Source: Octopus vulgaris (taxonomy: Eukaryota). Taken from it: DNA of 64,000 nt. A model generated the notes under the pieces. That model was not told the origin of the DNA. It saw only the letters and a program-made list of their open reading frames with translations, and made no database searches. Positions within the stretch are counted from its first letter, which is position 1, and each line of letters begins with the position of its first letter. Position numbers and translations under genes: made by a program. The stretch covers positions 110,980,001-111,044,000 of the forward strand of contig OX597823.1 in NCBI GenBank assembly GCA_951406725.2, given 5' to 3'. This document shows, piece by piece, positions 39,451-52,905 of this stretch.

Positions 39451-40108
39451 CGGAATGAACTTCCATGTTTCTAAGGTGATGGAGACTTTGAAATAGAACT
39501 GAGCACCAAACTGGCGAACAGGTGTAAGAAAGGAATGCCTCTTCCTTTGTTTTAGAAGAGATTGGAGCCTTCAGATTATTTCTTTTGTGATAAAATAAGT
39601 TATAGAAAAGCATAAATGCCACAGCAGCTAATTTCACCCATTCTGTTCAGTGTTGGATCTCCCTAAAAGTGAATATAATTTAGTCGAAGAAGAATAAAAG
39701 AACATTGAAAAATTTGTGGATCCATTATAAAGGAACTGTTCTGTTTGGAATACATTACAGCAGGTCAATTCGTAGTGAAGCAGCTCAAATTGAAGGCGTA
39801 TCATTGATATGGCAGTAAGCATGGCAAAGTAGCTTTTAGGAAATCGAACAATTTCAGATTTCTAACATTCAAACTAAAAAGTAACACAAACAGACTCACA
39901 CACACATACATACATGCACACACATACATATGCACACACACACACACGTGTGTACAATCTTTTGGACATGAATATAAGAATACAAAAAAAATTTTATAAA
40001 ATATGGTATAATAAAAATAAAATAAAGACAAACCCTAAAAATTTATTTCTTAGATCTAAGCTATTATTTCAATGCCAAAAACCTAATCTGAAAATAGGGA
40101 TGGCATAC

Positions 40109-40109
<1 letters not shown>

Positions 40110-40190
<81 letters not shown>

Positions 40191-40233
40191 CAATAATAAT
40201 AATAATAATAATGACAATAATAATAATAATAAT
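40110..40233. repeat. (AAT)n tract
   Basis: Read directly. Confidence 0.95.
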
Positions 40234-41508
40234 AGTCAGGAAAAAGATAACAAGCAAGCAAACAAATCTATAAAAAAAAGCCCATACCAAAAAATTAGCA
40301 AAAGAAAATATAGATTTTTTTTCACAACCAAAATAATATTCTGTGAAGCATATACCATAAATTTTTTTTTAGATAAGGAGACAAAGAGAACAAAAGCAAT
40401 GCAATCTCGAAATTTCTCACTTTCTTACAAAACTATAATCTATGGAACATTTATGTTTCATTTAAAGAGCTCTATCATTTTCTCCTTGCTTTGTGTTTCT
40501 ATTTCCATTTCAAACCTGGAAGATTGACTAACCAAGATATATGTTATTATTTTTCAGTCCCTTAGCAAATCATTTCTGATAGTCTGTTTGATAATGGGGG
40601 GATTCCAAAAATTCATAATTCTGACTTTCAATTCAATTTCTACTGCTCTGGTGTTGTCATTACGCATGTCAATAGCTAATACAGAAATACACACACATAC
40701 ATATACATACACATACACATACATACATACATACATTCACACATAAATATATACTAATATATACATACATATGTACATACATACACACATATACTAATAT
40801 ATACATACATACATACATGCACACATAAATATATACTAAAATATACACACATACATATGTACATACATACATGCATACATTCACACATATATACATAAAT
40901 ATATACATACATATATACATACATATTTGTGCATACATATATGTGTGCACTAATATATACATACATACATATATATGTACATACATACATACATACACAC
41001 ATATAAGTATACACTAATACATACATACATACATATATACATACATGCATACATACATACATATATACATACATACATATTTGTGCTTACATATATGTGT
41101 GCACATGTGTGAGAGTGTGCGTGTAGGCACAGGATGTCCAAATGGTTAAAAAGTTTGCGTTATGATCACAAGGTTCCGGGTTTGGTTCTACCGAATGAAA
41201 TTGTAAGCAATTTGCATTTTCTATAAATTTGGGTAACCCCATAGTTTGTGAATGCTACTGGGTTGACAGAAACAGTACAGAAGTCTATTTGAGTGATCGT
41301 ACTTGAAATTCAAAAGTACAGCCCTGACATGCTTTTTCACATTTATTCTGCCAGCAAATGATGTTAAGGATACTCATGCCAGTGGAATACAGAGGCACCC
41401 ATGAGTCCAAAAACAGGTTATTTACATAGCTGATTGAATAACCAAATCATCCTCAAGTGATAGAGATCCCCTTGTTTGATATATACATTCATACATATAG
41501 AGATACAT

Positions 41509-42352
41509 AGGCACAAGAGTGTCTGTGTGGTAAGTAGCTTGCTTATGAACCACATGGTCCTAGGTTCAGTCCCACTGTGTATCACCTTGGGCAAGTGTCT
41601 TATACTATAGTCTTGGGCCAACCAAAGCCTTGTGAGTGGATTTGGTAGACGGAAACTGAAAGAAGCCCGCCGTATATATGTACATATATATGTGTGCATG
41701 AGTATGTGTATATGTTTGTGTGTCTGTGTTTGTCCCCCACAACATTGCTTGACAACCGATGCTGGTGTGTATACGTCCCTGTAATTTAGCAGTTTGGTGA
41801 AAGAGATTGATAGAATAAGTACTACTTATTCTTACAAAGAATAAGTCCTGGAGCTGATTTGCTCCAGCATGGCCACAGTCAAATGACTGAAACAAGTAAA
41901 AGAGTAGAAGAGTATGTATATGAATATCGGCAAAAAATAAAAAATTATGGGACTTTGCACCAAGTGGAATCAAAAACATATAAATATTGGCACAAGAGTG
42001 GCTGTGTGGTAAGTAGCTTGCTTACCAACCACATGGTTCTGGGTTCAGTCCCACTGTGTGGTACCTTGGGCAAGTTTCTTCTACTATAGCCTCGGGCTGA
42101 CCAAGGCTTTGTGAGTGGATTTGGTAGACGAAAACTGAAAGAAGCCCGTCATATATATGTATATGTATATCTATGTGCGTGTCTGTGTTTGTCTCCCCAA
42201 CATTGTTTGACAACCGATGCTGGTGTGTTTATGTCCCCATCACTTAGTGGTTCAGCAAAAGGGACTGATAGAATAAGTACTGGGCTTACAAAGAATAAGT
42301 CCTGGGGTCAATTTCCTCGACTAAAGGTGGTGCCCCAGCATGGCCACAGTCA
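41509..42352 (+). mobile_element. Two head-to-tail family A SINEs (41509-41912 and 41989-42352)
   Basis: Two GGCACAAGAGTG heads with GGTTCAGTCCC B-boxes. Confidence 0.85.
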
Positions 42353-42589
42353 AGCCATTTGAGCAGTCACCACTGATAAAGTCTACAGTATAGGCAAAAC
42401 TACACCTAGGCTGGCTGGTCCTTGGGACATTCATGGGGTGGTTACCTCACCTGTCGGCATATGTGTATATCTGTGCTCTTCTTAAGCTTTAAGAGCATTT
42501 TAACTCTTATTTCTAGCAATGTAGGTGCCTCAGCACTCTTAGTCACAGTGATGATTGAATTTTTTCTTTGTGGTATCACATTGCACCCT

Positions 42590-43745
42590 GCTGATTATAT
42601 CCCTGATTGCCAAAACAACAGCAGCAATGACCAAATTCAGAACATTGTGGAAAGACAGAAATATCTCACTAAGCTTCAAAATTAGGCTAATGAGATCACT
42701 AGTGATCTCCGTACTACTGTGTGCTGTGAGACATGGATATTGGCAGCAGAAATTGAAAGAAGAATCCAGGCGACAGCGATGCAATGTTTCAGGAGACTTT
42801 TGGAAATATCATAGAGATTGTGTCACAAATGAGGAAGTGCAATGAAGAATAAGGTAGGCAATAGGGCCCCATGAGGAACTTCTTACCACAGTAAAAGAAA
42901 CACATGATGATGTCTATGTATGTAGGTATGTATTTACTCACACACACAGAACTCAGTATCCTAGACAGAATATATTTATAGTGTACTAGCAGTATCGCCC
43001 GGCGTTGCTCAGGTTTGTAAGGGAAATAACAATATAAGCATTTTTAGAGATGTAAAGTATAATAGCCATCTCAATATGGCTAACCACAAAGGGAGGGTAT
43101 TACTGTAGCTTTTTACGTTCTGAGTTTTAATTATACATTTCTAGAGAGTTACTTCCCTTATATAATAGCAAAAAATACATTAAAAATGGGAAAAATTGAT
43201 GGTAAATTTTTTTTTAAATCATAGACTCATCGTAGACGCGCGCTAATACCCAGAAGGGCTCGATATGAATCACGACTATAAGACACCCAGTTTTGGTTAA
43301 ACTGCACCGCAAAATGTGGGAGTAGTTAGGAATTTAAATTATAGGAGACAGACAGCACACAACCTCTCTTTTATATATAAAGATGTCAATTCAAGGCATT
43401 GAGTAGATAATGAGAGTTTCATGCCTGAAGGTAATTTTCAGGTGAGTACTGGAAGACAATTGACCTCTAGTGCATAAGAATATCGCAGTTGTATAGGAAC
43501 AACTTGTCATGATCTTCAGTTTGGGCATGTCACCTGCTCATCAGGGACGGCCAAAACAATCTTTCAGGGAATAGTCAAAGGTGGCAAATGCAGAGGCAGT
43601 CAGAAAGAAGTGGGAAAACAGCATCTGTGAGTGGACAGGCCTAAAGATGAGAAATGCTGAGCAGGGGGCAGAAGACTGAGAAGGATGGAGGAATCTGGTT
43701 GCAAAGTCATCAGTATTCCCCCAACAGTCAGCCAGATTACAAGAT
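42590..43745 (+). mobile_element. Decayed RTE (BovB-like) LINE 3' region, interrupted by the Helitron-like element
   Basis: AAMTKFRTLWKDRNISLSFKIRLMRSLVISVLL..VTNEEV; downstream GHVTCSSGTAKTIFQGIVKGGKCRGSQK. Confidence 0.7.
42975..43384 (+). mobile_element. Helitron/Helentron-like non-autonomous element, copy 2
   Basis: Aligns end to end with 38029-38433. Confidence 0.7.
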
Positions 43746-44229
43746 AAGTAATGTAATGTATTTATGTATATGTATGTGTCTATTCAAGAAGACCTGTACT
43801 CTGCCTCATTTTTCACAAATGAAGGCCTCCCTGACCTTGATTTGTCATCAAGGCTGGTGTCACCTTCCTTGAATTATCGTAACTAATTTTGCACCATACA
43901 TTTGTTGACCGTTCCTGGGACTTCCAAATCATCAATTACTTTTCCGACTGTCCTTGAACTCAGTCCTTTGTTCCACAGGTAGTGTAAAATAGCTCTAATT
44001 GCAATTTTCCACTACTCATTATCAAAACTGTAAAATGAAGAATAAACAATATTTATATGTTATATGTAAAAATGGAAAATAAGCAATTTAGCAATGATTT
44101 GACAACAAGCTGTATCAAATTAATAATATAACATGGAGATATAATTTGCCAAAAATCATCAGTGAAAATCTGAGAAACTTTTAACTCAACCTGGAATATA
44201 TATGCATATATACATACATATATATGCAT

Positions 44230-44260
<31 letters not shown>

Positions 44261-44261
44261 T

Positions 44262-44720
44262 CTAAGTAGAGACTTCAAACTTGAAATCTTCAAAGCCACA
44301 GTCGAACCAATTCTACTATAAGGCTCAGAAACCTGGACGTTATCAAAGAAGCTTGAGAGGCGGTTGGATGGAACCTACACTCGCCTCCCTATGAGAGCTC
44401 AAAATCTCTCGTGGAAGTGCCATGCAACCAAAATGCAAATATATAGGAAACTACCACCTGTGTCATCTCTTGTGAAAGGTAGAAGAGTTCAGTTTGCTGG
44501 ACATTGTTGTAGAGCTGAAAAAGAAGTAATTTCTACTCTTCTCCTCTAGAAGCCATCTACTCGCGATACCACAAGGTGCACACTCTCCTACCCTGATGTA
44601 ATCTCCAGGGATACAGGCATCCAGCAACAGGACCTCCGTAATGCCATGATGGACCGTGAAGTCTGGCGTAGCATGGTAAATTCCATTGTCTCAACCACGG
44701 TCGAACAATGATGATGATGA
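44262..44720 (+). mobile_element. RTE-like LINE 3' fragment with (GAT)n tail
   Basis: IFKATVEPILL*GSETWTLSKKLERRLDGTYTRL..; TSD TGTGTAAGT at 44253-44261 and 44721-44729. Confidence 0.88.
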
Positions 44721-45199
44721 TGTGTAAGTTATGATTTTAAAGATAATGTAAGCTGTTAATATGCAGTAGTTTTTCCTTTTCAAAGCAGCTCTCTGCTAAA
44801 ACAATACAGATGCTCACTTTTCTACTTCTTGATATGGCATTACCATAGAATATAATTCCCTCCTTCTGGATACCCTTGACAAAACCCAAATTTTTCAAGC
44901 AAGACCTTCTATAATATTTCAGACAGTTACTACTCAGATCCATGCCAGTAAAATTGTTTGGAAATGAAAAACCTTCAGTTAGACTTTATGAGAATGTGTT
45001 TCTAGAAAAAGATATTGTAATCCTAGCATAGTTTCCTTTCCAATGTGGTAATGTTGTTGTTTAGCCATAAACCATCCACAATGGAGCATACCTTCATAAT
45101 GATTTACTGATTTATGTATGTGTTTGGTTGTGGGTGTATATAATTGAATAATAGAGCAAATTTATGGATATAACATATATTGCTTTATAAATTGGCACT

Positions 45200-45660
45200 C
45201 CAATGGACAGAGGTCTATAATAATAAGTTCATGGAGTACAGATTTGTACCACTCAGGCTACATCATCAAAAACGTTCCGACTGTATTATGAAATTTACTA
45301 CCATAAGCTTTGGTCTGTAAAGACAATGCGTTAGTTAATTAGAATTAAAATAACTAATGGACACATTTTATTCAAATTAAGGAAGGACATTATCCACACT
45401 ACTGGTTCTTTTGGTCTTGAAATAAACTAAAATGACCAACCTAACTATTGTTGACACTTTTGATGTTAAATTAGATTTTCCAACAAGTCTACATCAACCT
45501 TTTAAGAATCCAAGTGAAATGTTCCTTTAGATTTATGTAGGCTCGTGTCACCATCAACAAAGAACCTTCTCTACAACACCAGCAAAAGGATCTCCTATCT
45601 TTCCTCGAATTAGCAAATAAGGCAGACCCACACTACAATGAAGTCCAAACTAGATTTAAT
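45200..45660 (+). pseudogene. Highly decayed Penelope-like RT fragment
   Basis: Pieces FGL*RQ, KLRKDII, FGLEI, NLTIVDTFDVKLDFPTSLHQPFKNP resemble PLE motifs GLYRDD..NLKIVNFLDVTLNL..PYKKP. Confidence 0.5.
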
Positions 45661-45714
45661 AACAAAATATGTTATACACTTCATTTCTCTCACCACAAGT
45701 GAAAAGAGGAGACA

Positions 45715-45948
45715 TGTATATATGTATATGTATATCTCTGTGTGTGTCTGTGTTTGTCTCCCCAACATTGCTTGACAGCCGATGCTGGTGTGTTTATGTC
45801 CCCATCACTTAGCGGTTCAGCAAAAGGGACTGATAGAATAAATAGTAGGCTTACAAAGAATAAGTCCTGGGGGCAATTTCCTCGACTAAAGGTGGTGCCC
45901 CAGCATGGCCGCAGTCAAATGACTGAAACAAGTAAAAGAGTAAAGAGT
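45715..45948 (+). mobile_element. Family A SINE 3' half
   Basis: Shares diagnostic variants with 42150-42352. Confidence 0.8.
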
Positions 45949-46491
45949 ATATATATATGCTGGTAGATGGAATTAGCTTACCATGAGCCATTTGAGCAGT
46001 CACCACTGACAAAGTCTACAGTATAGGCAAAACTACACCTAGGCTGGCAGGTCCTCGGGACATTCATGGGGTGGTTACCTCACCTGTCAGCATGATCAGA
46101 GCCCCATTTCACTCAATTCAGCATTTGATTGGCTGAAGACTTCTTAACTTTAATAAATACATACTTCTCTCCTGACCTTAGACTTTAATAACTTTAATAA
46201 ATACATACTTTTCTCCTGACCTTAGACATAGAAAATATTTTAAGGGATAAAACCTGAAGTTAATTATAGTTTGCACCACTTGGCGTTAGGAAGGGCATCC
46301 TGCTGTAGAAACACTGCCAGATCAGACTGAGCCTGGTGCAGCCTCCTGGCTTCCCAGACCCCAGTTGAACCATCCAACCCATGCTAGCATGGAAAACGGA
46401 CATTAAACGATGATGATGATGACCACAAACAAGAGAAATATATCATGCATATCTACCAATGAAATGGAAGATAGATATTCATGAAGGAACA

Positions 46492-46535
<44 letters not shown>

Positions 46536-46570
46536 TATATGTATATCATATAGCATATATATATATATCA

Positions 46571-46976
46571 TATAGCATATATATAAATGTATGTATGCAA
46601 GTCTGCCTATAGAGACACTAAAAGTGATGAATTAAATTTTAGAGTCAGAATCACAGAAAGATACTTAAACACATAGACAAATGCAAAATGAACACACACA
46701 GTTGGCAAACATATATATACATGTAGACAACTACATACATACATGTACATTTGCTTATAAATGAGTATAAATATATAATACATACGTATTTCTGTTTGAT
46801 TCTGTGTATGTGTGTGTGTATACATTCATTCAAGCAATGAAATCCATCATATATACCTACAATGATAAATAAGAATGAACTTAAATTTATCTAATGAAAG
46901 TATACAAATTAATTAGGGAAAATACTGTATTCAGAGTGTGGGCATTTTATGAATATATATGTGTGCATGTCAATAA

Positions 46977-47060
<84 letters not shown>

Positions 47061-47356
47061 GTGTGTGTATGTATAATTATGCATGTGTGTATATGTATAT
47101 GCGTGTGTGTATGTGAATAGTCATATGTACAAGCATATATATATATATATTATGTATTATGTATATGTTTAAATATCTATATATATATGTGTGTATATAT
47201 ATGTGTGTGTGTATATATATATACATATTTAAATATATATATATAATACATATACTTATTCATCTACATGCACACACACATGCAGATACACACAAATATA
47301 TATATGCATATATTTATATATATACATATATATACACACATATGTATATATATATA

Positions 47357-47400
<44 letters not shown>

Positions 47401-47421
47401 TACAGATACATACATATATAC

Positions 47422-47458
<37 letters not shown>

Positions 47459-47952
47459 TACACATACATATATATTTAATCATATACATCTGTTGATACA
47501 CAAACATATATATATATAATCATACATATGCCTACGCATATGTAAGTATAGCATATATATAAATGTATGTATGCAAGTCTGCCGTTAGAGACACTAAAAG
47601 TGATGAATTAAATTTTAGAGTCAGAATCACAGAAAGATACGTAAACACATAGACAAATGCAAAATGAACACACACAGTTTGCAAACATATATATACATGT
47701 AGACAACTACATACATACATGTACATTTGCTTATAAATGAGTATAAATATATAATACATATGTATTTCTGTTTGATTCTGTGTATGTGTGTGTGTATACA
47801 TTCATTCAAGCAATGAAATCCATCATATATACCTACAATGATAAATAAGAATGAACTTAAATTTATCTAATGAAAGTATACAAATTAATTAGGGAAAATA
47901 CTGTATTCAGAGTGTGGGCATTTTATGAATATATATGTGTGCATGTCAATAA

Positions 47953-48034
<82 letters not shown>

Positions 48035-48108
48035 GTGTGTGTATGTATAATTATGCATGTGTGTATATGTATATGCGTGTGTGTATGTGAATAGTCATAT
48101 GTACAAGC

Positions 48109-48140
<32 letters not shown>

Positions 48141-48320
48141 TATGTATATGTTTAAATATCTATATATATATGTGTGTATATATATGTGTGTTTGTATATA
48201 TATATACACATTTAAATATATATATAATACATATACTTATTCATCTACATGCACACACACATGCAGATACACACAAATATATATATGCATATATTTATAT
48301 ATATACATATATATACACAC

Positions 48321-48377
<57 letters not shown>

Positions 48378-48392
48378 TACATACATATATAC

Positions 48393-48427
<35 letters not shown>

Positions 48428-48516
48428 TACACATACATATATATTTAATCATATACATCTGTTGATACACAAACATATATATATATAATCATACATATGC
48501 CTACACATATGTAAGT
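46571..48516 (+). repeat. ~976-bp tandem duplication (46571-47547 and 47548-48516)
   Basis: Unique segments (AGAGACACTAAAAGTGATG..., GGGAAAATACTGTATTCAGAGTGTGGGC) repeat almost identically; the microsatellite lengths differ. Confidence 0.92.
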
Positions 48517-48645
48517 GTATGTACGTATATATATATATATATATATATGTTTATGTGGCTATGTATATGTATATATGTGTGTGTGTGTGTGTGTGTGTGC
48601 ATGAGTGTATATGTATATATATAAATAGATAGGTAGATAGATAGG

Positions 48646-48711
<66 letters not shown>

Positions 48712-49456
48712 TAGGTATATACATATTTATATTTATATATATGCACAGACAAATTGTCTAAATATACACAGTTACATATAAGTAATGTTTACATACATTA
48801 TATATAAAAATATACATTTCGTATTCTTTCAAATGTAAATATCTATTTTGAATCTCATATTATTGTGTTATTCAGTAGGATGCTTATACACTCTCATGAA
48901 CATTATATGTGTGTGTGTGTATGTGTTGTATTTGTATATGTATGTATATTTGTACTTGTTTGTGTAAATATCTGTGCACAAATATTGCACAAATGTTTTC
49001 AACTGACTGCACAAATACAAAATGAAATTAATACACTTTGCACAATGTTGTTTACTAAATATCTTTTTCTCTGTTGATATTTCATTCTCAATTCATTTAT
49101 TTTATTCTCCTTCTTTTCCTTATTTCTTTCTTATGTATTTGTTTCCTTTTTTTTTTTCATTTTTTACTTTCTCTCTTTTCATTTTTTTTTTCTCTCTCTT
49201 TTTTACATTTTTTTTTCAACTCAAAATATCTGAAAGCAGATTTTTGCCTCTCATTTTCTTCAATATATTATGTCTGCCACATCACATCAAAATTTGTTTA
49301 ATCAGTCAAACAGATTTTTACTTCATTTCAATACATTAAGTTTTTCTGTTTTTTTTTTTTTCTTCCTGATATTAATACATTTCTCTACTTTATGAAAAAA
49401 ACGTATCGGTCAACTTAGTTTTGCATATATGTGTGCATGTGGGTATGTATTTTGCA

Positions 49457-49488
<32 letters not shown>

Positions 49489-50189
49489 ATGAATATAATG
49501 AAAATATTGCTATACGTGAGTTTTTTGCAAAAGGCTAAATAAACTAAAGAAATTCAAATTTCTGAGCAATATCTAAGCATATAAAAACTATAGAATGATA
49601 TATGGAATATCATCATCATTTAATGCCTAATCTCCATGTTGGCATGTGTTGGATAGTCTAATAGGAGCCAAGGAGTCCAAGGAAGGCATCATGCTCCACT
49701 GTCTACTTTTGTGTGGCTTCTACAGCTAGATGCCCCTCCCGAATGCCAGATACTTCACATCATGTACAGAGTGCTTTTTTCATGACCACCAATACTAGAG
49801 AAGTAAGTTATACTAGGAGATAAAAGGTTAAAGTATGAAAGGCCCCACAACAGTAGAGGCTCCTTACTATACAAGTGCCACTAGTCTACTTGCAGTACAG
49901 AAGAGAGGGTAGCTGTCATTGGGATGCAGCAAGGATGAAATAAAATAGAGATGATGAGGCATTTGAGTGAACCTTGAAGGTATGAGGTGAGTAGGGGTTG
50001 AAGAACCAGGAGTGTGGATGACGAGAAGCTACAGGTGTGGATGATGGGAGGGAGAGATGGTTTAGTGATGATGAAGGGCTGAGAGAGTAAAAATAACGAA
50101 GATCATGTTGAGTGGATGATAAGTAGTGCATAAAGAAGATTAAGTGACTACTATTTGGTGAATAAAGTCAATGTTAGATAGGGGTTAGG

Positions 50190-50624
50190 GGCTGGCTGAT
50201 GATTTGTTCCACCAGGGTTTGCAGGACATTCTCCTCAACCTCTACAGATCTCCCAGGACAAGGCTCATCTTCCAGGCAGTAGTTTCCAGTTCAGAATTTC
50301 TGAAATCACTGTCGACACTGGCTTACGCTTATTGTCTGATCCTTATATATTGCATTAATTTTTCTTGCACTTTCCATTGCATTGTTGCTCTTATTGAACT
50401 CATAAAGCAAAATATGCCGAATATGCTCCTTTGTCACTTCCATTATAGCTTTGAAAAATAACTTAAAATTGAATTGCATTCTTCAAAACTTGTAATGGGA
50501 AAAGGACAAGGTAAAATCAATACCTGCTTTTATAGCAAGTTGATACAGGTAGTTTATCCTATATCCCTCTGACTTTTAGTTCATGCAATGGAAAACTCTG
50601 CATTATTTATGGAAGGACCCAATA
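50190..50624 (-). mobile_element. Mariner 5' relic (N-terminal HTH transposase pseudogene plus TIR)
   Basis: From ATG at 50443: MEVTKEHIRHILLYEFNKSNNAMESARKINAIY..QCRQ*FQKF*TGNYCLEDEPCPGRS; terminus TATTGGGTCCTTCCATAAATAATG. Confidence 0.8.
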
Positions 50625-51597
50625 TGTATGTATGTATGTATGTACGTATGTATGTACGTATGTATGTATGTATGTATGTATGTATGTACGTACGTATGTA
50701 TGTATGTATGTATGTATGTATGTATGTATGTATGTACGTATGTATGTGTGTATATATATGTATATATTGATATATGTGTATGTGTACATATATATACTCA
50801 TAGTCATAAAGATAATTATTAATTATACATACACAAGTATTTATATATAAAGTTATTTCATCATTTATGTAAATGTCTAGAAATATATACCAGAATATAT
50901 ATATATTTGTGTATATCTATGTAACATAAATTATACAAACACAAACACATGTTTTCATGTGTGTATATATCTGTATATTTTCATGTATGTATGTATATAT
51001 ATACATTTATGCATGTTATAGACTAATATCTATCTATCTTTTTTCTCTCTCTCCCTCTCTCTCTCTATATATATAGACAAATGTATGTCCATATTTAAAC
51101 ACACATATATATATATATGTCTGTGTATGTATGCATTTCAATTATCGGTTTTATTTCCAGTGTGTATACACTAAATGGAATGACACTGTTTCTGTTTACT
51201 TTGGCTGACATTTCATTAACTCTTTAATATTTTAATATTTTTTTCAATATTATTTATATTCGAAACAAGAAGATCAGTAAATTAACTTCAGTTGGGTGTT
51301 TAAAACTAAAGAGTTGCATACAGAATGAAACTAACTCTATTTATCAATGCTGCATTAAATGTGAAACCATGTTTGGTTTCAATTTTTTCCATCGCATAAT
51401 TAATGGATTTTATTCATATTTGTAAATCTCATATAAACACTTGGAAATGGTTTGAAGAAATTCTTGTTCTGCAATTCTGAGTTCAGTTTCTGGCTGAGTT
51501 CATTTCTTTCATTTAACTACGTTTCCTGTTTCCAGTGGGGTGTTTCCACCAATAGGGTGAATCAATCAGTGAGAAATAGTAGTCAAATCTCTCTTAA

Positions 51598-51818
51598 CCC
51601 TTTGGGGTTCAAATTTCTCTATTAAATGTAATACTTTTTCACTCAAAATTGTTTTGAATTAATCATGCATTATGTTATACCTTTGAGGTTTCAATGATAT
51701 GATTGTTTATTTTTAGAATGTCAATGTAGGTTAGGTGTGAGAGGCTAGATATGGCCAGTTTGAATATAAAACATGTAGAATATTTGGGCTGGATATGGCC
51801 GGTTTAAACACTAAAGGG
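51598..51818. mobile_element. piggyBac-like MITE
   Basis: TTAA|CCCTTTGG...CTAAAGGG termini; right TTAA not intact. Confidence 0.55.
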
Positions 51819-52779
51819 TCCACAGTTTTGAATCTAAAAATGTCCATAAAAGATAAAGAAGGGAAGGAAGAATGGTTTCAAAGATAAATATTCTGCTCAC
51901 ATTCATTTAATTGTAAGACATATCGGGTAGACACTATGACTGAGTGATAAGGATGTGACTTCAAATAATGAGGAGATTCATTATTAGTAACAGTTTCATG
52001 TTTTGGCACAAGGCCAGCAATTTCAGTGGCATGGGTAAGTTGATTACATTGACCTGAGTGATCAACTGGTACTTATTTTATCAGCTCCAAAAGGATGAAA
52101 GGTATAGTCGACCTCAGTGAAATTTGAACTCAGAACGCAAAGGTGGATGAAGCATTTTGCCTTAGATCCAATATTAGTAGCATCTGCCGGATTGTAGTAG
52201 CCAAGGACAGTAGCAGGCAGAGAAGATCACATCCCTTCTGATATTCGTGATATGACTCCTGACATTTTATAGCGACAATGCATGTCACTGATCTACAGCC
52301 AGCCATTGGTGATGATGATGATGATCATCATCATCATCATTTGACGTCCGTTTTCCATGCTGGCATGGGTTGGACGGTTTGACTGAAAACTGGTTAGCTG
52401 GGTAACTGTACCAGGTTCCAATCTGATTTGGCATGGTTTCTACAGCTGGATCATTTTGGAAATTAGTGTAGCTCCCCAGTGCACTAGTTTTCAGTGAAAT
52501 CCTCAAACACATGCCAGCATGGAAAACGTACGTTAAATGATGATGATGATTTTGATGATGATGATGATATATACTATGATTTAAAGAATAGCAATTACAG
52601 GATGGTCATAACAGGAATATTGTTTCAGCTTTATTACGACTAACTCTGCGTTAAACAACAACATTTGCTACAAGTAAATCGAAAAATCTATAAGATTCAA
52701 GACAATACACTATTTATTCCAAAGTGTAAGTTCCAATTCTTAGAAACTCAATTTTATTTTTCATTTGTAATTCCTCCTT

Positions 52780-52905
52780 ACAAGGTTTTTGGTCGACCCA
52801 AGGCTATAGTAGAAGACACTTGCCCAAGGTGCCACACAGTGGGACTGAACCCTGAACCATGTGGTTCGTAAGCAAGCTACTTACCACACAGCCACTCCTG
52901 CGCCT
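52780..52905 (-). mobile_element. Family A SINE head fragment (others at 54470-54765 and 57970-58125)
   Basis: GGCGCAGGAGTGGCTGTGTGGTAAG on the minus strand. Confidence 0.8.

Noticed and set aside
48950-49005. miR-92-like seed TATTGCAC in a small hairpin
   Set aside because: The stem is only ~13 bp and the sequence beyond the seed does not match the family.
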